Source: an uncultured Candidatus Berkelbacteria bacterium
Lineage (GTDB): Bacteria; Patescibacteriota; UBA1384; CAJBMM01
Length of the DNA: 57,885 nucleotides
Direction: 5' to 3'
Assembly (NCBI GenBank): GCA_903954185.1
Contig: CAJBMM010000037.1
Location: 1-57,885, forward strand
The notes below the pieces were generated by a model. The model was not told the DNA's origin and made no database searches. It saw only the letters and a list, made by a program, of their open reading frames with translations. The position numbers and the translations under genes were made by a program. Numbering within the stretch: position 1 is the first letter of the stretch; every line of letters starts with the position of its first letter. Below, one piece after another: positions 17,514 through 28,458 of the stretch.

Positions 17514-20246
17514 TTATAGCTTAACACACCAAGTCCAGCGGCTGCGAATTTGCTTGGTGGGTTCGCAATTGCCCGCATCGTCTGGTTTATTTTCTAATAA
17601 TGCGGTAATTTTGGCAGAAGTTCCATTATTGGAAAAAGTATAATAGTAATCTGGCCACTCCGGATCTTCGAGCACGTAATCTAATTCACCCGCATCGAAC
17701 ATCTGCTTCATAATGCCAGAATTAGGATCTAATTTTTCGTCACCGCTGGTTTTATATTTACTAAAACCAGAGCTTCCATTGTTTGCTGCCTTAAAGGATG
17801 CCATAAAATGGGTCAAATCTGACTTTCGAATATTATCATTATCTTCGCTGTGAGTTGGATTTGTTTGCGAAACGTCACCCAGCGGATTTAAGTATCCGTC
17901 TATATTAAATATGGAGGCAGATTTGGTTTTAATTAACTTATCAATTTCATCAAACTCATCTTTGGAGAGCGTAACAACAGGCACTGTGGTAATGCCAGTA
18001 TTATGATTTGTTTCGGAATGTGAAGCGATAGTAACACTTGGGAAAACTTTCAGTAATGCATTTACTACACGCTCTTGGTCCGAGGTAGTTAAATCTGCAT
18101 TGCCAGTTAATGCGCGAATAGAATCGACTACCCCATAATAAATATTATTCGAATTGGCATATACAAACAAACGGCTTGGCACAGCTACTGTTTTTATATC
18201 ACTTTTCATTTGCTTATCGCTTTCTAAAGTATCACCTGTTAAATTAAGCAAATCTTTCACGCCATTAAAATTGCTAGATAAGATAAGCCGATTATCTTTA
18301 ATAGCATACGATGGAGAAAAAATTGAGTTAAAGTCGTAAACCGATCCGAATAAATTTCCCACAGAAAATGTAGTAACCGTGGTTTCGCCAACCATGTAAT
18401 AATTTACACCCATCTCTAGCCCTGCGTCATTTAATAATGTTTCTAATTTTGTTTTAACAGAATCTAACGATGAAGATAATGCCACGGCATCATTCACCTC
18501 GGCTTGTAAAACCAATCCAGAATTAGATTTGGGTAAATATGCGAATGAATACTTACCGCTAAATAAATTAGCAATGTCTAAAAGCTTTACGCCGTAATTT
18601 TGATCAAATATTTCATTAAATGATTGCGTTTCATTATATTTTAAGTTGGCTAACTGCTCTACTTTTGCTCCAAAGTTGCCTTCTTCTCCGTAGAAACCAG
18701 TAGATGCCGGTAATGTTTTGGGATAAATTAAATCACTATCTTTATCCGATAACACTTTGCCAGTTAGTGCATCGGTTTTAGCCGAATCGTAATACAGCTC
18801 GCCCCTAAGTATAAGCCCCGAACTCTCTGCCGAAACCTGCCCGCTCCAAGATTTATACCCATTTAAAGCATCGAGATAACTAGATAGGCTATCTGCACTC
18901 GAAACATACTTTTGCCTTAGCCCTGCAACAGTTGATTCAACATTCACATAAACATTTGCAAGAGATGGTTTTTCTTGTGCAACACGAATATATGACGGGT
19001 TAGAAGATAGAGCTTTTTGATTTTGTAAACTTTGATCGATATACGTTTTTATTTGCTGCACAGATCCACCGATAATTACAAACCTATCAAGCACAGTAAC
19101 TGCAGGAGCAACTGTTTCAGGATTTGTGGTAACACTTGTGTTACATGCATTCGTTGGCGGAGTACAATTTGACGATTGGGCTAAAGCGATTTTTTTAGAA
19201 TTATTATTTAAATTAAGTGCCTGCAATAAATTTTTATAAGTTGGAATGTTTACATTAGAAGATTTCATCCCATAAATATTGATGCCGCGATAATTTTCGG
19301 TAGTTGGAAATAAAGTATCACCAGAATTTGAAGATTGTATCTTAGTTAATAACTCTGCTCCTTTTGCCACATCTTTAACTTTAATAGCTGCTAATATTGA
19401 GGAATTTCCCTCTATGTTAGGAATAGCAATATAGGCTGTTTCGGCAAATGTATTAGCAATATCGTCCGCGAGAGAAATACCATATTCAGATTGAAGAGTT
19501 CTATTTAATTCAGATTTAAATTCATCACCCGAAGAGCTTAATCCGGGAATTCGCTTAATAACATCGTTAAAATTAGCCGATTGCCCGCTTTTACTACCGT
19601 AGTTTATAGTTATCAACACCTCAGTATCGGCGGGCAACATTTGCGCAAAATCTTGATGCAGTGGCCAAAGAGCATTAATTTTAGATGACATAGATGTTGG
19701 GGTAAAGCGATAAAATACCGAAGGGGCAAACCTGTAAGCTAATACATAACCGCCTGAACTAAAAACAACAATAGCTGCAATTGAAGCAAAAACAATTTTT
19801 ATTAATTTCCCAATAGCCAGTTTGTTAGTAGTTGGTTTAGGACTAGGTATAGTTTGTGGTGGATTCGGCGGCTGTTGGGTTGGGGGCGCCAAAACTGGCC
19901 CTGGTGCAGCAGGTGCCAAAACTACTGGCTCAGATTCTTTAATTAAATTAGGCTCACTCGAATTTACACCAGGACTTGTTATGTGTGGCAAAACAGCGGG
20001 TGTTTCGAAAGTTTGTGGTGCCGGTGGCGAAGATGGCGTATTCGGCACTGGCGACTCTGCAGGAACAAAAGCAGTTGCGTCGGAAACAACTTGAGTAGAT
20101 TTTAAGCTATCAAAGTCTTTGGGCACGGCACTTTGCGTTTGAGCGCTAGAAGAAATACTTGCCGATAACCCGTCAAATGCATCTCTATTAGTAGGTGATG
20201 AATCTTCTACCACCTCTTGCGAAATAACTTGAGCATCATCTGTCAA
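17514..20246 (-). CDS. Pro-rich N-terminus, TM, DUF3352-like extracellular domain, and C-terminal pilin/GspG-like domain
   Basis: FAQMLPADT and KTLPAST DUF3352-like motifs; DNIRKSDL...DP...YYY...ALLEN...C-x12-C tail; TTG start with GAGG SD. Confidence 0.6.
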   Translation of the reverse strand: MTDDAQVISQEVVEDSSPTNRDAFDGLSASISSSAQTQSAVPKDFDSLKSTQVVSDATAFVPAESPVPNTPSSPPAPQTFETPAVLPHITSPGVNSSEPNLIKESEPVVLAPAAPGPVLAPPTQQPPNPPQTIPSPKPTTNKLAIGKLIKIVFASIAAIVVFSSGGYVLAYRFAPSVFYRFTPTSMSSKINALWPLHQDFAQMLPADTEVLITINYGSKSGQSANFNDVIKRIPGLSSSGDEFKSELNRTLQSEYGISLADDIANTFAETAYIAIPNIEGNSSILAAIKVKDVAKGAELLTKIQSSNSGDTLFPTTENYRGINIYGMKSSNVNIPTYKNLLQALNLNNNSKKIALAQSSNCTPPTNACNTSVTTNPETVAPAVTVLDRFVIIGGSVQQIKTYIDQSLQNQKALSSNPSYIRVAQEKPSLANVYVNVESTVAGLRQKYVSSADSLSSYLDALNGYKSWSGQVSAESSGLILRGELYYDSAKTDALTGKVLSDKDSDLIYPKTLPASTGFYGEEGNFGAKVEQLANLKYNETQSFNEIFDQNYGVKLLDIANLFSGKYSFAYLPKSNSGLVLQAEVNDAVALSSSLDSVKTKLETLLNDAGLEMGVNYYMVGETTVTTFSVGNLFGSVYDFNSIFSPSYAIKDNRLILSSNFNGVKDLLNLTGDTLESDKQMKSDIKTVAVPSRLFVYANSNNIYYGVVDSIRALTGNADLTTSDQERVVNALLKVFPSVTIASHSETNHNTGITTVPVVTLSKDEFDEIDKLIKTKSASIFNIDGYLNPLGDVSQTNPTHSEDNDNIRKSDLTHFMASFKAANNGSSGFSKYKTSGDEKLDPNSGIMKQMFDAGELDYVLEDPEWPDYYYTFSNNGTSAKITALLENKPDDAGNCEPTKQIRSRWTWCVKL

Positions 20247-20260
20247 AATATCCTCACAAT

Positions 20261-20785
20261 CTATACTCTAGATGTGCTACCACGACGGAAACCCGACCAT
20301 ATAAGTAAGAAGGCGGGCAAAACTAACCACCAAACATGATATTGCCAAACAAGATGCATTAAATTGGATTGAGTTACATAAACTAGCCTTTTTTCGTCTG
20401 GGATGAATGAAAGAATTGTAGAGATAACAAAAGTTACCCATAAAAAGCTATACAAAAATAGCTCAAAAAAACCTAAATTATCTGATTTTCTACCAGTTGG
20501 AATTACCGAAAGAAAACTAGCTAACAAAACAGTTAGGCCTAAAAAAATAAGGCTCGAAACCATTTGCGGAGATGCATTTGATTGAATCCAAATTTGTTTT
20601 AAAAATATTTTATTGCCGATAAAAAATTCGTGCACAGGAGAGCTGATAACAGATGTAACCGCTAATGCAATATAAGCAGCAGCAATATGCCCAGCCACCC
20701 TATCGCGATGCAATATGATGTTGTAGCCCATGCCAATAATATAGATAAGTATTATTACTGCATCCCAACTTGGAGATGAACCCAT
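20261..20785 (-). CDS. hypothetical multi-pass membrane protein
   Basis: about 5 hydrophobic segments; GAGGGG SD. Confidence 0.75.
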   Translation of the reverse strand: MGSSPSWDAVIILIYIIGMGYNIILHRDRVAGHIAAAYIALAVTSVISSPVHEFFIGNKIFLKQIWIQSNASPQMVSSLIFLGLTVLLASFLSVIPTGRKSDNLGFFELFLYSFLWVTFVISTILSFIPDEKRLVYVTQSNLMHLVWQYHVWWLVLPAFLLIWSGFRRGSTSRV

Positions 20786-20852
20786 TTGCTTCCCCTCACT
20801 TTTTCTTACTCTAGTATGGAATATAAGTTGGAGAAGGTCAAGAGGAGGAGCG

Positions 20853-21461
20853 TTAGCGGCTATTTTTTAGTTTTTCATATAAATCGCGTTGCTCGCGAGA
20901 AATGTGGCGAGGTATTTTTACGTGCACCGACACAATAAGGTCGCCAACACCGCCCTTAAACTGCCTGCCTTTGCCACGCAACTGAAACTGCTGCCCATCT
21001 TGTGTTCCAGCGGGAATATTTAACTCAATATTCTTACCATCTATATTAAATTTTAATAAATCACCTAAAACTGCCTGGGGTATAGATATTTCTATTTGCA
21101 CCTGTAACTGTGCCATAGCCTGACCAAAAAGCCCTTCAAAAATGTCACCTATACCGCCTCCATAGCCAAATCCGCCCGAAAAATCGTAATTCCCAAAGCC
21201 AAAATCTGATGCGCCTCTGCCCTGACCACCCCCAAATTGTGGCCCATCAGTAGTGCCGAACTGATCGTACATCGATTTTTTCTGCGGATCTGATAGTACT
21301 TGGTATGCTTCGTTTATTTCTTTAAATTTAGCTTCGGCATCGCTACCCCCACCTTTATCGGGATGATGCTTCATAGCCATACGCCTAAATGCCGCCTTTA
21401 TTTGATCGGGCGTTGCATCTTTAGAAATTCCTAGCGTCTCGTAATAATTTTTATTGGCCAA
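20853..21461 (-). CDS. dnaJ: DnaJ-class co-chaperone without zinc finger (CbpA/type II-like)
   Basis: J-domain with HPD, G/F region, single C-terminal domain; no CxxCxGxG repeats. Confidence 0.85.
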   Translation of the reverse strand: MANKNYYETLGISKDATPDQIKAAFRRMAMKHHPDKGGGSDAEAKFKEINEAYQVLSDPQKKSMYDQFGTTDGPQFGGGQGRGASDFGFGNYDFSGGFGYGGGIGDIFEGLFGQAMAQLQVQIEISIPQAVLGDLLKFNIDGKNIELNIPAGTQDGQQFQLRGKGRQFKGGVGDLIVSVHVKIPRHISREQRDLYEKLKNSR

Positions 21462-21521
21462 TAAACTCTCCTAAGCATGCATTTTAGCACAAATGTCAAA
21501 TAATTTTAAGTATCATCGCGT

Positions 21522-21546
21522 GTCATTCCTGCGGAGGCAGGAATCT
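21522..21546. repeat. GTCAT-type REP-like palindrome
   Basis: gtcattcctgcggaggcaggaatct. Confidence 0.6.
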
Positions 21547-21696
21547 ACATAATTTATTTGGTATAGACTTGACTCTTGGCTACGCCAGTCTTGTTCGGGG
21601 CGAACAGCCGAGGCTGGCAAGGGCGACAGTAACCGGCGTCATCTTTAAATACAATGGTTAAGCGCTATATACATTTAAAGTTTTTAATAAGCTATT

Positions 21697-22410
21697 TTAT
21701 TCCGCAACCAATGTTTTTGTTTTAGCGTCCATCTTTACCGTAAGCGAGTTGGTATTTTCGCTTGTTTTGTAAGTAACTACCCAATAAAGATAATTATTCG
21801 GCGCGGTACGTAATAAATTTGCATCTATGGCTGTAACACTATTCGTTTTCATAAAATCGCTTCCACCGTTTTTATCGGCAAATTGAATTGCATCTACATA
21901 ATTTGATTGCCAAAACTCGCTATTTATTGGCAAAAGTGCCCCCTGATAATCTGCTTTAGGCACAAGGGCACGAAGCGAATTTCCGCTGGCTTGAGATACA
22001 GATATTGTGTAGTGATTGCTGGCATCTGAAGCAGAATCGAATACGTAAATTTCGTTGACCGAATCTAAAATTAAGTATTGGTCGAATGTCATAAATAAAC
22101 CACTAAATTGGGCATCACTTTTCCACAGTGGCCAAGCAGACAGCCTGGCTTGAGCATCGGCGAAGCGCTTTTTACTACTTGTTGCAACAGAAACTGCATC
22201 TGCAGTTAAAATTGAATTTGCAGGAACCGAGGAACTTGTTGAAGTAGTAGATGAAGCTGAAGTGGTGGTAGCAGAGGTGGATGAAGTGGGAGTTGCGGTA
22301 TTAGGAGTATTTTTATTGGTCAGCAATAAGTAACCACCACCAAAGACAATCAATAATAAGACCACAACGCCAAATATGATTACAATTTTGCTATTCATAC
22401 GCCCCTCCAT
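21697..22410 (-). CDS. membrane-anchored hypothetical protein with S/T linker
   Basis: N-terminal TM, S/T-rich linker, globular C-terminus. Confidence 0.75.
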   Translation of the reverse strand: MEGRMNSKIVIIFGVVVLLLIVFGGGYLLLTNKNTPNTATPTSSTSATTTSASSTTSTSSSVPANSILTADAVSVATSSKKRFADAQARLSAWPLWKSDAQFSGLFMTFDQYLILDSVNEIYVFDSASDASNHYTISVSQASGNSLRALVPKADYQGALLPINSEFWQSNYVDAIQFADKNGGSDFMKTNSVTAIDANLLRTAPNNYLYWVVTYKTSENTNSLTVKMDAKTKTLVAE

Positions 22411-22498
22411 CGATTGTTGCTAGTTGATAGTTTTAGTCGTCAGTTTTAGTTCTTATCAGCCCACCTGAACCCTGCTACCTACTAAATGCAACCTTCAT

Positions 22499-24424
22499 TT
22501 ATTTCTTATCCTCTTCTGGCTCCTCGACAGGTTTTTCTTCCGCTTTTGGCTCGTCTGCATCTTTTTCGTCTGATTTTGATTGATCTTCAGTCGATCCATC
22601 ACCAGAGACTGGCTGCTCATATGCTGCTTGGCCAAGTTTAGACAAACTTTCGCTCAACTTATCAACAGCGGCCTTGATTTCCTCGACGTTAGTGCTAGAC
22701 TCAACGCCTTTAACCGCCAACACGCCATCTTCTACATCACGCTTAAGCTCTGGCTTCGCTTTATCCCCAAGCTCTTTTAGCGTTTTTTCGGCTGTATATA
22801 ACATATTATCGGCTATATTCTTTGCCTCTACAAGTTCACGCTTCTTTTTATCGTCTTCGGCATGAGCTTCTGCGTCTTGACGCATTTTTTCAACTTCAGC
22901 ATCCGATAATCCCGAGGACGCAGTGATGGTAATTTTCTGTTCTTTACCAGTAGCTTTATCTTTAGCATTTACATGAACAATACCGTTTGCATCAATATCA
23001 AAGGTAACTTCTACCTGCGGAATTCCTCTTGGTGCAGGCGGAATACCATCTAATACAAATCTACCAAGTGTCTTATTATCTGTAGCCATATCGCGCTCAC
23101 CCTGCAAAACATGTATCTCTACGGCTGGTTGGTTATCTGAAGCAGTCGAGAATATTTGCGATTTTGATGTAGGAATAGTGGTATTGCGCTCAATTAGCTT
23201 GGTCATTACACCACCTAAAGTTTCTAGCCCAAGTGATAATGGCGTAACATCTAATAACAAAACATCTTTTACATCGCCGCCCAATACACCACCTTGAATA
23301 GCAGCACCAAGCGCCACAGCTTCATCTGGATTAACACTTTTATTTGGTTCTTTACCAAAAAAGTCTTTAACCGCAGCTACTACTCTAGGCATGCGAATTT
23401 GACCGCCGACTAGAATAACTTCATTAATATCTGAAGGTGAAAGCTTAGCATCAGCCAATGCCTTTTTGCATGGTTCTAGTGTTCTTTGAATCAAATCTTC
23501 TACTAATTGCTCTAATCTTGCCCGCGTTAATTTTAGAACTAAATGTTTTGGACCAGATGCATCGGCGGTAATAAATGGCAGGTTGATTTCTGTTTCCTGA
23601 GTAGTTGATAACTCAATTTTTGCTTTCTCGGCTGCCTCTTTAACACGCTGCAACGCCATCACATCTTTAGACAAATCTATACCTTGATCTTTTTGGAACG
23701 TATCGAGTAATTCTTTCATCACTCGCTGATCAAAATCGTCTCCACCCAAATGTGTATCACCGGTAGTTGATATAACTTCAAAGCTAGATTCGCCATCGGT
23801 TGTAGCCAATTCTAATATAGTAATATCAAATGTACCACCGCCCAAATCGAATACAGCAACTTTTTCATTTTTTTTCTTTTCTAAACCATATGCCAATGCG
23901 GCAGCGGTTGGTTCGTTAATGATTCGCGCTACATTTAAGCCGGCAATTTTACCTGCATCTTTAGTTGCTTGACGCTGAGCGTCGTCAAAATAAGCGGGAA
24001 CAGTAATAACAGCGTCTGTTACAGGCTCACCTAAATAACTTTCGGCATCTTGCTTAATTTTAGCTAAAATGTGAGAAGAAATTTCTTGCGCAGTGTATTC
24101 TTTACCGCTCATCATTACATTAACACTGCCATTAGAGTTTTTAACAGCTTTATAAGGCACATGTTTTAAATCTTCTTGCACTTCTTTATCATCAAATTTG
24201 CGGCCAATAAAGCGCTTTACAGAAGAAACTGTATTTTCTGGATTAGTAACGGCTTGACGCTTGGCAATTTGCCCAACAAGCCTTTCACCATTCTTATTTA
24301 TTGCTACAATTGATGGCACGAGTGTTCCACCTTCGGCTGTTGGGATAACTTTGGCAGTTCCTGCCTCCATTACCGCTCCAACAGAGTTGGTAGTTCCTAA
24401 GTCTATGCCGATAATTTTACCCAT
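22499..24424 (-). CDS. dnaK: molecular chaperone DnaK
   Basis: [19 protein letters not shown] and GIPPAPRG Hsp70 signatures. Confidence 0.99.
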   Translation of the reverse strand: MGKIIGIDLGTTNSVGAVMEAGTAKVIPTAEGGTLVPSIVAINKNGERLVGQIAKRQAVTNPENTVSSVKRFIGRKFDDKEVQEDLKHVPYKAVKNSNGSVNVMMSGKEYTAQEISSHILAKIKQDAESYLGEPVTDAVITVPAYFDDAQRQATKDAGKIAGLNVARIINEPTAAALAYGLEKKKNEKVAVFDLGGGTFDITILELATTDGESSFEVISTTGDTHLGGDDFDQRVMKELLDTFQKDQGIDLSKDVMALQRVKEAAEKAKIELSTTQETEINLPFITADASGPKHLVLKLTRARLEQLVEDLIQRTLEPCKKALADAKLSPSDINEVILVGGQIRMPRVVAAVKDFFGKEPNKSVNPDEAVALGAAIQGGVLGGDVKDVLLLDVTPLSLGLETLGGVMTKLIERNTTIPTSKSQIFSTASDNQPAVEIHVLQGERDMATDNKTLGRFVLDGIPPAPRGIPQVEVTFDIDANGIVHVNAKDKATGKEQKITITASSGLSDAEVEKMRQDAEAHAEDDKKKRELVEAKNIADNMLYTAEKTLKELGDKAKPELKRDVEDGVLAVKGVESSTNVEEIKAAVDKLSESLSKLGQAAYEQPVSGDGSTEDQSKSDEKDADEPKAEEKPVEEPEEDKK

Positions 24425-24479
24425 AATATCCTCCGATAATTATATATTTATTGTACTTCATTTTATTATATACTTAAAC

Positions 24480-24509
24480 AAATGTAAAGTACTCTTTACA
24501 TTTTGTCAA
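24480..24509 (-). promoter_or_regulatory. dnaK promoter overlapped by a perfect inverted repeat (putative operator)
   Basis: TTGACA-17-TACATT on the minus strand; AAATGTAAAG-N4-CTTTACATTT at 24480-24503. Confidence 0.6.
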
Positions 24510-24588
24510 TAATCACGCTGTATTTTAAAGAGGATGCATTCTACTAATGCCAAACTAAAGTTTGCGCTACCAGTTATTGGATTCAGAC

Positions 24589-24912
24589 TTAAATATTTTC
24601 CAGTAACTTATCGTTTTCCCACGAACGCGTTTGGTTGCGCTCCATTTTAGCAACTATATATTTTTCAATATCAATATCAAATATCCCGCACAAATGCACT
24701 ACGCGAATAACAACATCGCCTAATTCCTCGTAAAAACCATCTTCGCCCTCCATATTGTGATGACGATAAGCCTCTAGCGCCTCCGAAACCTCTGAGTGTA
24801 CCAATGCCAGCATTTCACCAACATTAACATTACTTGGTTTTGTATGAAATTTTTTCTCTTTAGCTAGCTGCATTACTTTGCTTGTTAATTCTTTAATTGT
24901 TAAATCATTCAT
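24589..24912 (-). CDS. MazG-like nucleotide pyrophosphohydrolase
   Basis: HSEVSEALEA...EELGDVVI motif. Confidence 0.85.
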   Translation of the reverse strand: MNDLTIKELTSKVMQLAKEKKFHTKPSNVNVGEMLALVHSEVSEALEAYRHHNMEGEDGFYEELGDVVIRVVHLCGIFDIDIEKYIVAKMERNQTRSWENDKLLENI

Positions 24913-25028
24913 TCATACTCCCACTTCCTCTACTACAATTTGCGATACTTATTCTTATTTCTGATTTCGATTTCGATTCGAATTTCTGACTTCGAATTTC
25001 CGTAACTTTTCTCTCTTATACTACTTCT

Positions 25029-25541
25029 TTATCCCTGCCCCTTATTCGCTGCTTCCTGCGTGCTACCTTTACTCACTTTTACTTTAGATGGGCGGATAAC
25101 TCGGTCGTTATACATATATCCATATTCAATTTCAGATACGATGCTGTCTTCTGGAAGATCCGAGACTTCGCTAACTAATGCTTCGTGTTTATTGGGATTG
25201 AATTCATCACCCTCGTTTACCATTATTTGAGTTACGCCAATAGATGAAAGCACTTGTTCAAACTGTTTTTCGATTGCTTTTACTCCCTCGACCCAGTTTT
25301 TTACTACGCTGTCCTCGGTTTCTGGAGTGTGAATTGCCGCCCGCTTAAAATTATCGAAAACAGGAAGCACGGCTAAAATAAAATCTAAATTGGCATATTT
25401 AATAAATGCAGCCTTCTCTTCGTCACTGCGCTTACGATAATTTACTAAATCTGCCTGCACTCTTTGCCACGCAGCTAAATACTCTTCGGCTTTTGTTTGC
25501 CATTCATTTTTTTCGTTGATATTATCTTTTTTCTTCGGCAT
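25029..25541 (-). CDS. grpE: nucleotide exchange factor GrpE
   Basis: RVQADLVNYRKR, LPVFDNF, FNPNKHEA, GY...RVIRPSKVKV. Confidence 0.97.
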   Translation of the reverse strand: MPKKKDNINEKNEWQTKAEEYLAAWQRVQADLVNYRKRSDEEKAAFIKYANLDFILAVLPVFDNFKRAAIHTPETEDSVVKNWVEGVKAIEKQFEQVLSSIGVTQIMVNEGDEFNPNKHEALVSEVSDLPEDSIVSEIEYGYMYNDRVIRPSKVKVSKGSTQEAANKGQG

Positions 25542-25652
25542 CGTGCCTCCATTAATAAAGTATTTGCACTAATTTTGTTTATTTTATCAAATTTTGACCA
25601 ATCTTGGTATAGGTTATTTTACCATTTAAGCACATGGTGATAAGTTAACAAC

Positions 25653-27113
25653 ATGGAATTACAATCTAGAATTTCCGCCATCTGCACAATATGCATTGGA
25701 TTATTACTTGGATTTGTATTAGCTGAGTACCTGCCGTGGAATATTTTATGGTGGTATTTGCTAGTTGGGCTTTTTGCCTGCCTTGTTTTACTTTGGAAAA
25801 ATACAATCGGTCGCATTTGCCTTGTTTGCCTTGTTAGCTTTATTATTGGAATTTTATATTGGCAGCATAGGTACAAAGTTTGGAATATAGATCCACCAGT
25901 TAAAGAACAAATGACAATTACAGGATGGGTTTCAGCGCCGGTGCAAGATAGAGAAAAAGATAGCCGCACAATTATTACAACTACAAGCATGGTAAAAGAC
26001 GGTTTTACGCTAAAAATGAAAAGCTCTCGCTTAGTCGCCTATATTCCACACAATAGTGGCTTAAAGTACGGCGATGAAATTAAGTTTGATACGAAGCTAG
26101 AATTATTACCAAAATTTGCTGGTTTTGATGGCGAAAAATACTGGCGGACCAAAAATGTTCAATCTCAAATTCACCTAAAAAATTGGAATATCATCGGCCA
26201 CAACAAGGGAAACCCAATAACCCGTCTAATTTACAAATTACGCAACCAAATTAATACTAAAGTACTTGCCACTCTCCCTGCAACCGAGGGTAATTTACTA
26301 CTTGGTTTACTTTTTGGTAATCAAGGACAATTACCTAAAAACATCACCGATAACTTTCGCACTCTTGGAATTTCGCATTTAACAGCTGTTTCTGGCTACA
26401 ATTTAACCATAATTTCACTTTGGCCCATTGCTTTAGCAGGATTTATACCTAAACGGTGGTCGGTATTTATGGCTGCTATGTTAGTGTTAATTTTCGTAAT
26501 ATTCACCGCCGCACCAAGTTCTATTGTAAGAGCGGCAATAATGGCTTGGGTAGTGCTTTTAGGAAAATTTATGGGGCGAAAGCCACACTCTATTGTTTTG
26601 ATTTTGTGCACCGCTACTTTAATGTCTTCTTTAAACCCGTTTATTGTTAAAGACGATGCCGGATTTATACTTTCATTTTTGGCATTCTTTGGTTTAGTTG
26701 AAATCGGACCGCTAATTTATAATAAAGCAAAGGGAATAATACAAATAGTTATCGAAACTTTGGGTGCACAATTGGCCGCATTGCCATATTTACTAGGAGC
26801 ATTTGGTCAGCTCACTCTTATTGGACCACTTTCTAATGCAATAATATTGCCGACAATTCCAGCGATAATGATTGGCGGATTGTTAATTGTCATACTTAGT
26901 ATGATACCTGTAAATGGAATTGAAAGAATTTTATGGATTGCTTATTACCCCCTACACTCATTTTTATTTTTGATAGAAAAGGCCGCAAAAATTCCTTACG
27001 CTTCGATGCCGTGGCCAAAAGGTGGATTATTTCCGTGGTATTTAGGAGTTGTGGTATTGGGGTGGTGGATATATAAAAAGTCAAAATTCAAAGGTCAAAA
27101 GTCAAAAATGTAA
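25653..27113 (+). CDS. comEC: ComEC/Rec2 competence membrane protein
   Basis: GISHLTAVSGYN, SIVRAAIM, GFILSF motifs; OB-like N-terminal domain. Confidence 0.93.
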   Translation: MELQSRISAICTICIGLLLGFVLAEYLPWNILWWYLLVGLFACLVLLWKNTIGRICLVCLVSFIIGILYWQHRYKVWNIDPPVKEQMTITGWVSAPVQDREKDSRTIITTTSMVKDGFTLKMKSSRLVAYIPHNSGLKYGDEIKFDTKLELLPKFAGFDGEKYWRTKNVQSQIHLKNWNIIGHNKGNPITRLIYKLRNQINTKVLATLPATEGNLLLGLLFGNQGQLPKNITDNFRTLGISHLTAVSGYNLTIISLWPIALAGFIPKRWSVFMAAMLVLIFVIFTAAPSSIVRAAIMAWVVLLGKFMGRKPHSIVLILCTATLMSSLNPFIVKDDAGFILSFLAFFGLVEIGPLIYNKAKGIIQIVIETLGAQLAALPYLLGAFGQLTLIGPLSNAIILPTIPAIMIGGLLIVILSMIPVNGIERILWIAYYPLHSFLFLIEKAAKIPYASMPWPKGGLFPWYLGVVVLGWWIYKKSKFKGQKSKM

Positions 27114-27130
27114 ATTAAAAGTATTTCGCT

Positions 27131-27250
27131 GTCATCCTCGACGCGAGTATGACGAGCAATTATTCGAGGATCTAAAAAAGGATTCACAGTTATATAGATT
27201 CCGGATCAAAAGTCCGGAATGACAATAAAAATATTCCAAAACTTTTGACT
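27131..27250 (+). repeat. composite REP/MITE-like element; inverted copy at 53740-53862
   Basis: gtcatcctcgacgcgag..gacgagcaattattcgaggatc...agattccggatc..gtccggaatgac. Confidence 0.75.
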
Positions 27251-27256
27251 TTTGCC

Positions 27257-28225
27257 TTAACCCCTCAGGTACTTCCCCGCAATCTCTGGCAGCACAGTTT
27301 CTACTGTCATATCTGCCCCTAGCTCAAAACCACCAAACATAGCAATGCGTGGAGCAATCTCTATATGCCAATGATAAGTTGGCGCCAAATGATGATCGAT
27401 ACCGCGTGATGTATGAATGTACCAATTTAAAGCAGGCTTTCCCAGCTTCTTATCCATATTTTTTATCACAAATCGCAATAATTCGGCTACATCGTGAATA
27501 GATTCATCCGATGCCCGCATAAAGGAATTTGTATGTTTTAACGGCACTATCCACGTCTCAAATAAAAATCTTGGCGCAAAAGCTGCAAAAGCCACAGCGT
27601 AATTATTTTTTGCAATTACTCTAATATCTTCTTTAATCTCGAATTTGGCCATTTTGCAATAAACGCAACGATTATTTTCTTTATAATACTTTGCAGTATA
27701 TTCGAATTCGTGCTTTAAACGGCCGGGAATAACGGGGCTTGCAAATAGTTGCGCGTGAGGATGGGCGATAGTGGCCCCAGAGCCCATACCATGATTATAT
27801 ATTGGCACAACCGACGCTACATCGGGGTTCTTTTCGGCTATTTTAGCACGAGATTGCAACGCTTTTAGCAAATCGTACATAGCTATTGTAGAAATACTAT
27901 CTTGAGTATCCTTTGGATCTGTTAGTACAATGACTTCGTGCACACCAGAGCTCGAATCGTCACTATAAAATCCGTGCCCCATCTCCTCGATATTTAGCCC
28001 GCTTGAAAATGCGGGGTATTTGTTTGGAATAGTATAGGTATATTTTGTGACAGATTCAAAATAATGTGTTTGCCAAGCTTCGCCACCATGACAAAAACGA
28101 CACTGCTTATCGTGAATTAGCTGCGCAGCAAATGGCCGCACTTTAAAATCTTCGGGCCGATTGGCACGCTCTGGCGAAACAACCATCCATTCACCCGTGG
28201 TAATATTTTGTCTTAGTCTAGGCAT
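27257..28225 (-). CDS. galT: galactose-1-phosphate uridylyltransferase family protein
   Basis: RANRP, C..CHG, PNKYPA, HPHAQ catalytic motif, YHWHIEI. Confidence 0.9.
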   Translation of the reverse strand: MPRLRQNITTGEWMVVSPERANRPEDFKVRPFAAQLIHDKQCRFCHGGEAWQTHYFESVTKYTYTIPNKYPAFSSGLNIEEMGHGFYSDDSSSGVHEVIVLTDPKDTQDSISTIAMYDLLKALQSRAKIAEKNPDVASVVPIYNHGMGSGATIAHPHAQLFASPVIPGRLKHEFEYTAKYYKENNRCVYCKMAKFEIKEDIRVIAKNNYAVAFAAFAPRFLFETWIVPLKHTNSFMRASDESIHDVAELLRFVIKNMDKKLGKPALNWYIHTSRGIDHHLAPTYHWHIEIAPRIAMFGGFELGADMTVETVLPEIAGKYLRG

Positions 28226-28321
28226 ACATTTATCATAATCAAATTATGTCAAATGGTCTAATTTAATTATGATAAACAATTTTCAATTCACAATTTTCAA
28301 TTATGGAAGCAAATTATTATT

Positions 28322-28351
28322 GTCATCCTCGACCCTTGTATTCGAGGATCC
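28322..28351. repeat. GTCAT-type REP-like palindrome
   Basis: gtcatcctcga...tcgaggatcc. Confidence 0.6.
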
Positions 28352-28458
28352 AAAAATAGATTATTCCATAACTTTTCACTTTTCACTTTCAACTATTGAT
28401 ATGGCAAGCGGGCGAAGCACCTAAGTGCTCCGCCCGCTTTAGCTCGCCTTTCACCGAG

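Noticed and set aside
1213-20585. Numerous short plus-strand ORFs antisense to the surface-protein genes
   Set aside because: Antisense shadows of Thr/Ser/Gly-rich coding sequence; the repeated DCYSMISIGN ORFs just mirror the repeated cassette.
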